From positions 372,001-436,000 of the forward strand of contig OY986948.1 in NCBI GenBank assembly GCA_963920595.1: a DNA stretch of 64,000 nucleotides, given 5' to 3'. Positions 24,515 to 36,385 of this stretch are shown one piece after another. The stretch is from Eimeria praecox. Its lineage: Eukaryota. Under the pieces are notes generated by a model. It had not been told where the DNA came from, searched no databases, and saw only the letters and a program-made list of their open reading frames with translations. How positions within the stretch are numbered: the stretch's first letter is position 1; each line of letters opens with the position of its first letter. A program made the translations under genes and the position numbers.

Positions 24515-27500
24515 TTACAATGCTTCCCTTATGCGGACGATTCCTCCGGCCGTCCCAGTGATGATTTCGTTAGGCCCAATCTGAGTGGCAGCATACACCG
24601 AGTTGCTCATCGGACCCACTCCGATGTTGTAGTGGAACTTGCTGACCCCCGTCCACCAGTCGAGGGCCTCAAGGGTCCACATGCCTCTCAGCGGAGCAGC
24701 GTCGCCACCAAGAGGGCAGCGTTTGCCCACACCGTACATCAGCTGCGACTTTGCGCTCATTGCGGGGATTCCGTTGGGGATTGAAACATCCTTGTTCACC
24801 CACACAGAGCGGATTTTCTTGGTGTCCGGGTCATACTCGAACTGCTCAACGCCCTTGGGGGCGTCCCCAACGATGACGGGGAACGCTGCTGCAACGGTAT
24901 CGTTCCACCGCGTCCATGTGCTGCCTGAAGAACTGAGGCCTGCGAGAAATGTCGTGGGGCTTCCCAGGTAGTGTAAGAAGCTGGTAGACATTCTTGTTTC
25001 TTCTGTAGGCTGGTTATTTACAACTGCCATGCGCCAGCCATGAACCAAAACAGACTGCTCGCTCGCCGTCTCCTTAGCATTGGGATCCCCAAAAGTAATG
25101 GGGTGTCGAGCTTCCACCTTACCCGTACGCGCGTCCATAACTACGAGGTTCATGAGCTTGGCACTGTCGGTAATAACAACGTAGCGACGATCAGCAGTGC
25201 CCATAAGCGTAGGCGTGCTGCCCGAGCCCTCGCCAAGGCGCACTGGTGCGGTTCCCCCTAGAGCTGGTTCTAGATCGTACGGCTCTTCCCAAGCTATAAT
25301 AAGCTTTTCCCCGTCCCATTCAGCCTTATGCATGTACTTCGAAGACACCACATAAATACCGCCTTGGTCGTCGCAAGCAATGTTATTTGACACTTCAATA
25401 TCTTCAGAAGGAGTGGAAGAGCCATTTGGTGGACCCGAAACACCGTTTGGAGTCAACGTTTTATCCGTCTTAGCTGGGGAATTCTCACGCTTTGCAGCCC
25501 CCAGCATCACGCTGGCAAGTGCCTTGCGAAATCCGCCATTCTTCACGTCACGATTCAATATTCCCAGCCGCCCGATGTCAGTGACCTGCACAAGGACAAT
25601 GCATGCGCATCAGATGCTGCAATGGGATTTGTTAAGGCTCATTACACAGTTAATTGTTCTAACCAAAAGAATTGATGCTAGTGCTCCCGACTGCAGAGGC
25701 GCCTAGCTGCTCCTATGTCAATTGCTGTCACTCGCGTCGCAGTGGTAGCGAGAGGGATGCGCTGCTCCTATTCTATTCTGCTTGAACAATTTTACAGGTG
25801 GCGGTGACATCTAGTATCTAGACCCCGGGTTGCAGCGCCCTGAAACAACGTGGCACGCCATGGACACGCAACTAGGGTGAGGTATAGTACGTCCGAGGTA
25901 CCCAAGCAATGTGGCCGTCATGGGTCATGCAGAGGGCTCGGAAAACTTCTTGAGGACGGGGTGCCTCCGCTTTGAGGCCCAGAAGGCCTGACTGAAGGGT
26001 AAAGGTCTCAGGGTGCATCATAATACGATCCCCATTGGAGTTGGGTACGTCGTAGTAGGCCTCCAAGCGTTTCCCAGTCGAAACGACGAACACGTTCTAG
26101 GAGATGCACACACAGTACAGAATTTCGCTAGCACATTCTGCAGAGCATCCCTGTGCATCTTTGCAAATTTGCTTTTCATGAGCTGTCAGTGCAGATCCAT
26201 CGGGTCACATTCTGGCACCCAAGGTGCACGAGGCGTCCGTATCCCTGTCTCTATCCACTTCGTGCACATATCGGGCTAGCCGACCATCTGCACCCGTTGT
26301 TTTCCCCTGGGAAATGCATCTTACCTCTTGCGTGAGGAGCGCATAAGCCCCATGAAACTTGTCCTCCATGATCGTCTCCACTCTCTTTCGCACGAAGTCC
26401 ACAACCGCCAATGTGGTCTTGGTCCGTGCAACTTTAAAAATGGTGGTCCAGCTGCTTCCCCAAAGATACTTCTGGTCTGCTGTGTAAAACAGTGTGATTG
26501 GATTCGAAGTTACCATCGCCCGGTTCAAAAAGTTGTGGGTCAAACGACGGGTTCCATCTGGGCCTGGTAGCGTCGTGCTACCCTGTGCACGCAGCGACAG
26601 AAGCAGCAGCACCGACGCCAGTAGTAGTAGCAACAGGTGCGGTGCGTCACCGTAGGCAATCCTACAGTCAATACGGTGAAGAGCAAGAATAAAATCTCAG
26701 CTCTGTCCACAAGAGCTGTTCGACCAAAATTCGCCCCCACTTACTTGGGCGGCACTGTTCCTATGGGGGATTGGCCATGGGCTGTTGGCGAGGCCGTTGT
26801 TGGGGGACGGGTTGTTGGTTGAAGGAAGATACCAGGAGGGACGGATTGAGCTGTACTCCGGCGAAGAGAATTCGTTGATAACGGTGGCAGGCAGACCGTG
26901 ACCGCTGTTGATACGCTCGATAAGCTGCTCTATGGGGTCGGTGTTTCCCGCAGCGCCTGCATTATCCTGAAGGAAAGGTGGCATGTAAGGCAGTGGAGGG
27001 AATCCATGAAGTCCCAGCGCCTCGTTCACATCGCGAAGCCGACGGTCTGGCGCGTAACGATGTTTACTGGTTTCACGCGTTGCGGTGTCCCCTTGTTGCT
27101 CCAAATGGGTAGTCCCTGGCTAAAGCGAAACACAAATCAGACAATTTTCACGAGAACTAGTCATGGGTAAAACAATGGTACGAGCATCCCTACTTGAACT
27201 CAGCATGGCTAGTGCAGGGAGCGATAGCTGCCGTGTTAGATCACCGGTCCCAATTCTTCCCTGAGCTTTTGGTCGGCGGCTTCATCCCCAAAGAGAGCAG
27301 AAACAATCGTGAACTTCCGGTTGGAGAATCCTGTGGTTCTCCGTTGAAGATAATCCGTCAGTGACTGGCGTGGAAGCCTAAGACTGGAGAGGAGCTCTAA
27401 TGTGTTGGCAGAGTCCAGCAGAGACATATCTCCCTGCTTGGGGAGGAGAGACAGAGCCTCCGTTGCTGCTGAAGATCCACGGTCGCCTCTCAAAAGGTTC

Positions 27501-27649
27501 GTCGAGGGGCCCAACGCTGACTGAAGGTTTAAAGCGTCAAGCGGGCGAAATAGCGCGCTCAGGAGCGAGGCACCAGCGGCCCCCTCTGCGTGGCCCAAAG
27601 CTGACACACTGCCCACAGCGAGGCAGCAAACGAACCTGAAAATCCTCAT
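24515..27649 (-). CDS. Secreted uncharacterised protein, ~767 aa, probable beta-propeller, bacterial-like. Exons: 27649-27245, 27119-26745, 26582-26325, 26096-25902, 25585-24515
   Basis: Signal peptide MRIFRFVCCLAVGSVSALG; four phase-0 GT-AG introns. The globular, beta-strand-rich region has motifs NSPWPIPHRNSAAQGS, SNNIACDDQGGIYVVS, RLGEGSGSTPTLMG, SEQSVLVHG and WTLEALDWWTG. No CAG homopolymers. Confidence 0.85.
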
Positions 27650-29990
27650 TCTCTCCAGAGGCCTCAAGAAATAACCCCAAGGAATAGCGGGAAATCACAC
27701 GGCGAGCACCACTGCACAACCTGTCACCCTCAGGGTTCCTTTTGCCACTGGAACCGGGTGCTCTGCAAATGCAGACTATAAAGCGGTGTCCTAAAGGGAG
27801 AATACTCGCCGATGCACAAATAACTGTTTGAAAAAGGCGCACAAACACACCCCCACGAGGGACGTGCAGTAGAGTGGCGGGGAGTCGTGAGTGACCCCGC
27901 ACGGTCAATTCTCGTTACCTGCGGCGCGTCGCCTCCCTCGAGGGTCCACGGTCTCACCAGAGAGGGGTTTCCATCACACCTTTATGCAGTTCATATGTTT
28001 TACGCATGTGAAGTAATGCAGAAACTACCCAAATACGGAAACAAATGACCCCTTTACACAGCCCCAGACGCCTGCTGCCCTGCCAGGTGGCGGTAGCAAG
28101 CGCAAGAAGCCACCTGGTGAGCGCTGACCAGCGGACAGCGGGGTGGATAGGCGAACCAGAGCTTTGTGTATGTCCCTCCGTTTCATGTCTTTTTCTTATT
28201 CAAAACTTATTCGCGTTTTAGAGAGTCACTGCCCATTTCGTTCTGTTCTAGGCTTAGGCATCAATTTTTAACATACCATGCCGGGCTGGTCACATGAGAC
28301 GCTGCCCTGAGCTAAACTGGTGCTTGAACTCTAACCTTCCAGGCATTAAGCCCTCAATAGTGCATTGACCGGCAGTAATACTGAGAGTAGTGGGGAGGTA
28401 TGCGGGTTTTTGCATCTGGGGCCTCGGCCTTTTGAGCGCCTTTCAAATTAAGGGGTCACCTGCTGTGCCGGAACGTCTGTACTGTTTAGTTGAGTTACTC
28501 TGCAAGCCCCACCAGTGCAAGATACTGCGCGATCTAAAAGGTATTGTGGTATGTTCCATCGGACTATTACCCAAATATTTCGCACTGGCTTGCCGCACTG
28601 GCTGCCTGCGTTGCACTGCGAGATGGCGTTGGCATTCCTTCAGAAGAGTGCACGTATTGCGTTGCTCTTATGTCAGTGAAGAGCATGAGGGTCGTCTACC
28701 AGAGATATTAGATAGCTTGCAAATCAATAGTGTTGCCACCGACAGGTTCTTACCACGTTGTGCGTGGAAACCGATGCATTATCCTTTTTCCATCCCCCTA
28801 CGCGCCTGAGGAGGTAACAGCCGCTATTTTGCCTGTAATTATATGAAGTTATGGACGATTTTGGGCGGGTTTTTCCTATTAAAACTTCCCTGGCCTGTAG
28901 CTAATGCGAAAGACGCCACATTTTGGAGTGAAGACATGGACCCCCAAACAGGGTTTCAAACCAGCCTGCTTTTGTGCGGCTTCCCCCCTCCTGCAAGCAA
29001 AATTCAATTACCTTTATCAACACAGTCATGCCAAGGATTGCTGTTGGAGGACAAAAGACCGGCAAATGTAAAGAGATGCCCCACCTTCGGGGCCCGCGGA
29101 GAGAGAGCCTTTTGCTGTAGGACAACTCTGAAGCTGTCAATTGAATAAGGGTACGCGTCATGAGCTGCGTGCTCTTGCCTCATAGCCCCTTATCCTTCCT
29201 GAAACATTTGCATCATCGGATGTTTTTGCCATGGTACCTGCCCTCAGAAGTGGCTCCTAATTGATTCAGGAGAAGCTTAGTGAAGCGGCACGAAAGTGAT
29301 GGCAACAGTGCAAATAGCAGCACCGTTAGGCCCAAAACTGTTTTTGTTACCGCGTATGCCAACTGCCGGGGCAAAAGTAAATATTTAGTAGTTGACTACG
29401 GCAGTATGCTTGCACAAATTGAAAGAGAACCTCCGGGATGTTTACATTCAGGCTTACCTTCGCTGCACAATCTGCAATGGGATATGCCACACCCCAAGGG
29501 AGCCGCCTCCTCTCCCCCAGGCCGGCGCCTTGGTGCTGCGTTGCGGTACCTTGGACACCTGGAGAAAGGAGAGTAGGAAAGCAGTTTTGCAGGGGACGGC
29601 TGAAGCGAAGGCTTTGGCTTTACTGCAGCTCACGAAGGACCGTCCTAGGCCAACCCCTATGGCTCTAGCTGTAAAGGTCCCGTGGGTGGATGCCGTCTTA
29701 AAGAATGTACGTTTACTAGCTGAGGCCCCACGAAGTGGCCGTACGATGCGCCGCCATACATGTGTACATATGATCGGGGTAACGTAGCTATGCTGTGATG
29801 CTGCCTGTTTGGGACGAGGTGCAGCAACACTTGCTGAGACACAGTGTTGAAGCCTTCAGTCTTAAGCGAGGCCCGTTGCCTACTGCAATAGAGTGAAGGG
29901 ATTGATATAATAAAATTCCGCCCCAACAGCTAACCACGCATCCAGGTGGCCTGGGCATAAAGGTACAAGGGCTCGGCGCTGACGCGGATA

Positions 29991-30460
29991 GGAGCGGGTC
30001 ATCATGAGTTGCAGCACAGCTTGCTGCAATATATTACTCAAACCTACATGCCAGCATGCCCAAACACCCTTTATGATGGAGGCAGCAGTACAGTAGACAA
30101 CTATTAAACACTTTCTTGGCCTTTAGTAGCCAGCCTGCAACCCAAGTACCAAGGCATACACCAGCTTCAGCCAGAGGGTACCGCACCCCATCCCAAGCTG
30201 TAGTGGAATAAAGCTCACAGGCCCCTAACTTCCGTTAAATGCGCATTAAAAAAATGTACCATCACCCTTCGTGTGAGGTGCTCTGTGCTATGTGCGAGGG
30301 ATGGAGGCCCGCTTTAGTGCAGCCGTCCTATCCTGAACGGAGCCCATCATGAGTTGCAGCACACCTCGCTACAACTCCTGTTACAAAGCATTTGCACACT
30401 CAAACATATAAACGAGATTTAAGCACATTTTTGGACCTCTGCAGTCAACCTGCGCGCACG
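29991..30460 (+). repeat. Two diverged direct copies (~345 bp apart) of the dispersed repeat also seen at 4565
   Basis: ggagc..catcatgagttgcagcac at ~29991 and ~30339. Each is followed by a second shared block: ttaaacactttcttggcctttagtagccagcctgc versus ttaagcacatttttggacctctgcagtcaacctgc. Confidence 0.7.
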
Positions 30461-31515
30461 TAGATATGCTTTCATCAATCCAAGAGACCATGCTGCGCGG
30501 AAGCGCTTCCTCTGGCTAAATTGCACAAGCCCTCGTCTACCGAACACCATACCAAGGGATATCAGCTCCAAACACAAGTACAAGTGCAAATACATGCCTC
30601 AACTTCAGACTAAACATGCTACAACATGCTGCAGATGCCTCTTCGAACATGCTATAGAACGGATATGCCGTATTCTCGAACCCTCCAATTGTTCCCTCAA
30701 CCTCGCAACTCTTCAGAAAGCTGTTTTGGCAGCTGCATGGCATAGGAAAGAAGGGGAGTCAGAATTCTTCCCGTATTTGCATTCATCGTCGAAACCAAAG
30801 AAGCGACCTCGCCGCGGAAAGGGATACAAATCCCGGGGCAGCTAATGCTGATGCTCTCCGTGTTGCTAGTTTCAGCACATTAATACAAGAATTATATATA
30901 TATAATCTAAAGTTGGGTGCCTGGCATTCAAAACCTCCCGGATATCGACTTTCTCCCCCCTGTGGGGGACAGAAGAAATCTCCGGAAAAGAGCTCAGCGT
31001 TAAGAATTTGTTTTGTTAAGCAATTGTAGTCAAACAAAACTTGAAGATAATAGTCTTCTTGTGCTTACGGAAATGCTGTCTGAGCTCCCTTTCGGCGTTT
31101 TCGCCTCTTGGCTGGCGGATGAGCCGAGTGCAAGCTGGCTGTCAGCCTAGCAGGCGAGGGGTTACTTCGCTCAGTTGGCTCCTGATAATGAGTATATCTT
31201 AAGAGAAACAATAACAATAAAGGCCAGAATCAAAGAGCTTGGCCGCTAGACAATAGGTTTTCAGGAGGGTCCAGCGGGTCCACCTCTAGACATCTTTTTC
31301 AGCGGCCGCTGCAGAGGCCGCAGCCCCTCGCCGGTGTATTTGAAACAGCGTAGTCGGGGGACCAGTACACCTCCTACCGAGTATAGATTTGCTTTCTTAG
31401 TTGGGGAGACAAACGTAATTATCTTCCTCTTGGTACTAATTGCTCATTTGGGGGCCCTTTGTCGGTTTGTTCCGTCTAATCGCGCTGGTGGTAGCTGCAA
31501 CGCTAGGCAGCCAAA

Positions 31516-32829
31516 ATGAGCAAGCTAAGCGCCTTCTTCGATAAGAAAAAGAAGAAAGTAACAAAGGTTACTACAGCTGCTCCGCCTGAGGTAAGAGTAA
31601 CTTTCCCTACCCTTTTACGGTTGAAGAGCCGCTGACTGCTTCGTGGCCGCGCGCTGCAGGAAGGCAAACACCTAGCAGGCTCTGAACTATGCATTTTCCT
31701 CACATGTGTCATTGAGATGAACTCAGCAGTTTAACCCACGTTACCATTTATATACCGCTATCCCCTGGCTGCGTTTTCGCGCGGCATTTCCTTTCTTTTC
31801 TTCATCCCTTGTGGTCGCTCCGTTGGAAGCTGGGTGTGGTGGTTGGGCTCCCCGCCGCATAGCCTAAGTAGTAGATCTTGAGGTCCAAGGGTTTTGCCCC
31901 TGTGGCAGTGTTTTATCTGGTGCTGTGGGACGGAGTACATGCGTCTACGCTATCTTGTTCGCTGCCGTGCTTGGTCCGTGTTCCTGTTCCTGCAGCTGAC
32001 GCAGGTGACTGAGAAGGCCGAGGAGCCGATAGCAGATGACAATGCAGAATGGACATTGGATCTGCAGCAAGAATCAGGTGGGTGGGGAGCTGCTCCAGCA
32101 AGCCCTGCAGGAGGAGGGGGAGCAGCAGATGGCCCTCTGGGACGGTCTCTGCGGGTCAGCGCCGTTGGGGCCTACGAAATCGAGAGCAAGAAGGACAAGA
32201 GCTGGAGCACCATGAAGCGTCTGGAGGAAGAACAGCGTAGGGGTCTTCAGGAACTGCGAGAGCAAGAGGCTCGGGAGTTGCTGCTGCAGCAGCAGCTAGA
32301 ACAAGGACTGGAACCGCAGCAAGATGCTGTTGATGTGGTGCAGCCTCAGGAAGAGGCACCACCACCTCCAAAGGAAGAAGAAAACAAACCCTGGGTCTCT
32401 ACCCGCGTGCTGCGGTCTCTAGAAGGTGGTGCATCTCTCCGCAGGAACCGGGGGCCCCCTGTACCCTCCTTTGATGGGGACCCCGACTTGGCAACAGCAG
32501 TGCAGCTCATCAGCAACAAGCCGCAGCAGCAGCAAACAAAGAAGCAGCAGCAGACGCGCAAGAGCCCTTCAGAGCCCCAGCCAGACAGCTCCGTGAGCAC
32601 CTCTCCTTCTACCAAGTGCGACGATCAGCAGCAGCAGCAATCGGGAAGCAACAGCCTCAGCGACTCTGAAAGTGTAGCTGCAGCACCTGCAGCATTTTTC
32701 TTCGATGTTCAGAAGTTTGTGTCCTTCGCCGGACTATCTGGAGCCAGCGTTGCTCTTGATGCCGAGCTCGTGAGGAGTAAGTACGAGTCCAGGCCCCCCT
32801 GGACAGCACTAGCAACAACAGAGGCCTGA
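31516..32829 (+). CDS. CDV3-like small disordered protein, ~302 aa. Exons: 31516-31590, 31996-32829
   Basis: ATG in aaaATG context; exon 1 MSKLSAFFDKKKKKVTKV resembles the CDV3 N-terminal LxxFFxKKxKKK motif. Donor GAG|GTAAGA and acceptor cctgcag join in frame to ORF 31894-32829. The gene model is solid; the family call is tentative. Confidence 0.6.
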
Positions 32830-33729
32830 AGATGTGTACAAAACAGGGGAGGTGGGGGCCCCAGCAACCCAAGGCGTGGGATGGGCCCCCTAAGAATGGC
32901 TTCCGGGGGCCCCGCTGGAGCCCCAGGGCAGCGGATGTCTCACGGCAGCTAACGGCCCAGGAGAGGGGCCCCAAGGCAGGTCCACCGGTATGGGGCCCTT
33001 GGGCCCCCTACCTTGCCGAACACACCCTGGGGGGCGCTGGAAGACAGTGGAGGCCCCTGCGATTTAGAGGCGCCGGTAGCGTCATGTAAATTTGCACGGT
33101 AGGCAACCAGGTGTTCTAGCGAAGGGACCCTGACCTAGTAGTCGCCAGCAGCAGCAGCAGCAATAACAGCAACAGGCGGGGTAGCGCCATTTCAGCAGAT
33201 TTTTATGCTGTGCTGGCAGCACATGCTGCAGCAGCAGCCTGCGCTGCAGCAACAGCTCGTGTTGCAGCAGCAACTTGTGCTGTACCAGCAGCTTGCAGCA
33301 GCAATCTGGCTGCCCGCTGAACCAGGCGGGTCCTGGCAGGCGTTGCTGCTGCTGCTTGGCTTTGCTGCTGAGACGCTGTACCGGCTCTATTCTTTAACAT
33401 AAAATATAATTTACTTTACTACCGTATTATTTAATTGTATTTATTCAAATATAAATGGGAGATAAGTTCTGCTGAAAAACGAACATGCCTGCCAATAGCA
33501 CCGCTGCAGGTGCAGCAGCTGCAGCAGCTGCAACTGCAGGTGCAGCAGCTGCAACTGCAGCAGCTGCAACTGCAGCAGCTGCAACTGCAGCTGCAGAAGC
33601 ACGAGCAGCAGACGTAGGGAAAACCCTGCTGCATTCCAGCACTCGCTGCTGCTGTGCTGTAAACGAGTTGTGGGGTGTTGACAAGAGATGAACTGCAGTA
33701 CCAGCTTCAGTAGCAGCTGCCTCGGTTCC

Positions 33730-35664
33730 TTAAAATTTAAGTTGGCTGCTGCATGCCGCTGGTTCTGCTGCTGCTGCTGCTGCTGCTGTTGCTGCCGCCG
33801 CTGCACTGGGTGTGCAAGGGCCCCCGAGGGTTTCAGCTCCCCCGAAGACTGTCCCTATCTCAGGGGGGGTTAATAGGGGGCTGCCACACGGTTCTGCTGC
33901 TGTTGCTGCTGCTGCTGCCGCCGCCCCTGGGCTGCTGCCCGTAGACGGCGTGCTGTTTCTGCTGCTGCGCGGCCTTATCGGTGAATGCGCCAGCGCAAAC
34001 GAGGCGCCCGTATTGCTGGCAAAGTTGCTGCTGTTCTCTGTTGCTGCTGCTACGCGGGTTTTGCTGCTGCTGCCGCTCTTGTTGCTGTCGGGACTTGGGA
34101 AAGACGGCTGACGCCCCAATGAAGCAGTAGCAGCAGCAGCAGGCTGTTGCTTTTGTCTGGATTGAGTAGTGCAGCTTATTCGCCTCGGATTACTTCCAGG
34201 AAGCACGAGTGGCCCGCTGCTGCACCGCCTCCAGTTGGCCGCTGCCCCTGCGATGTCGCTTCCGTTGCTGTTGCTGGTGTTGCTGCTGCTGCCGACGCTG
34301 CTGCGGCCGCTCCTGGTACTTAGAGAGCCCACATGAGGCCATGGAGGGACTTGCATGGGGCTGAGCTGGTGGTAGCTTTGCTGCTGCTGGAGGTCCATCT
34401 TGTGCAGCAGCTGCTGTCTTTCTTGCTGCTGCACCTGCTGCTGCTGCTGCAGGTGTTCCAGCTGTTGATGCTGCTGCTGCTGTTGTTGCTGTTGCTGTTG
34501 CTGCTGGTGTTGCTGTTGCTGCTGGTGGTGGAATGAGCGGATGCACGCATGTATGTCGCTGAGAAGTTGTTGCTGGTGCTGCTGCAACTGTTGAAGAAAG
34601 CCCTGCAGACGAGAGTAGAAGGCGATGCCCTGCTGCTGCTCGTCAAAGGACTTACGAAGGCAGGAAGCTTGGTTCTGCACCACTTGCTGCAGTTCTGCTG
34701 CGCGCTGCTGCTGCAGCTGCTGCTGCAGCTGGTGTTCCACCGACTCTGCTGCAAGCAGATCAGACCAACGCTGCTGTGCTGCCTCAAGCTGACGCTCAAC
34801 TTCCCTAAGAACAGCAACCGCAGCAGCAGCAAAAATGTGTTCACAGCTGTATCTGCAGCACAGGTAGAGGCACTTCCTGCTGCTGCATTCACCCCGCAGC
34901 AGCAGAAACACCAGCAGCGGCAGCATCGTGGGGTTGGACGTACTTCATCCTCTCTCTCGTTCTTTTGGCTGATTCCCGAAGGCTGGTAGATGCTGCTGCT
35001 GTACATACACTTGCAGCTGAGCTGCTGCTCGCTGCTGCTGCTGCTGCTGCTTGCCGTAACTGCTGCAGTATATGCTCCGGCAGCATGTGCTCAGACTGCA
35101 GCAGCCGCAAGCCCAGAGTGAGGCTTCTTCAATCACACGACAGTAGCGGCTGCTACAGCAGGCTTGTCAGCAACGCAGCAGCAGCAGCACGGCCCAAGTC
35201 CGCGACAAGCAGCAGCAGATGCAGCAGCAGCGGAGACACCAGCAGCAGCAGCAAAACCAGCGTACCTGGCAAAGCTTGTGCTGCTCCTCCTGCAGGAAAT
35301 AAATCCGAGCCTCCAGTTCAACGAGGGCTGAATGTGCTGCATCGAGGCGCTGCTGCAGCACCTGCTGCTGTTCCTTGTCAGCCCCTGTAAGCTGCAGCTG
35401 CAGCAGCAGCTTTTGCAAGAGCCCCTCAGCACCTTCTTTTGTTAGACACAGAAGCTGCTCCAGTGTGGGCGTTGCAGCAGAAGCGGCTTCCGGGGCAGCT
35501 GCTGCTGCAACGGTGTTTGCTGCTCTTTGAGGTGTAGGAACACTTGGCGGCAGCTGCAGCGGGCCGAGAGCCCCAAATGCTTTTGTGCCTATCATATTAT
35601 TCGCCTGCTGCGCTTGCTACAGACAGCAGACAGCAACCACACACAGACGCAGGAGGCCCCTTTG

Positions 35665-35704
<40 letters not shown>

Positions 35705-36354
35705 AGCTGCCTGGGTCACGGCAGAGGCAGCTGTAGCTGCAGTTGAAGCAGCACGATCACATGCACAGCAGCAGCTGCTCACCAACAATTTTGTGCTGTA
35801 CAGACGTGCGCAGTCTATAAGTTCTTGGGTTTTGGCCTCAAGAGCCTTCAGCTGCAGCTGCTGCTGTTGCTGCTGCTGCAAGGTGTCGCCTTCACTGGCG
35901 CCTCGCTGTTGCTGCTGCTGGAGCTGCTGCTGCAGCAGGTCTAACTGACTCTGAAGCTGATGCTGCACTGTGGTCAGCTGCCCTGCAGCATCTGTAGAGA
36001 GGTGCTCCAACATTTGTTGCTGCTGCCGCAGCCGCTGCGCCCCTCCCAGAGACTGAACAGACTGCAGCACCCACAGCAGCAGCAACAGCAGCAGCAGCAA
36101 ATGAGGAAGAAAAGCCTTGGCTGCGGTTTCAAGACAACTTAAACAGGACTAGCAGCACCTCCTGCGTGTGTCCACAACACCAGCAGCAGCAACAGCAGCA
36201 GCAAGAGCAGCAAAGCGATGTATATTACCAGCAGCTCGTGGCTGCATGCAGCAGAGAACTCAAAGCGAAAATCAGGACCAGCGCCTCTGTTGATATGTAC
36301 TGGGGGTATCTGCTCCTGTTCCTCCTTCCAGGCATCGTAGCCCTGCTGTTGCTC

Positions 36355-36385
<31 letters not shown>

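Noticed and set aside
29280..29787. ORFs with YIQAYLRCTICN, superficially like an integrase H2C2 zinc finger
   Set aside because: No upstream HxxxxH pair or downstream DDE core; too weak to call a transposon.
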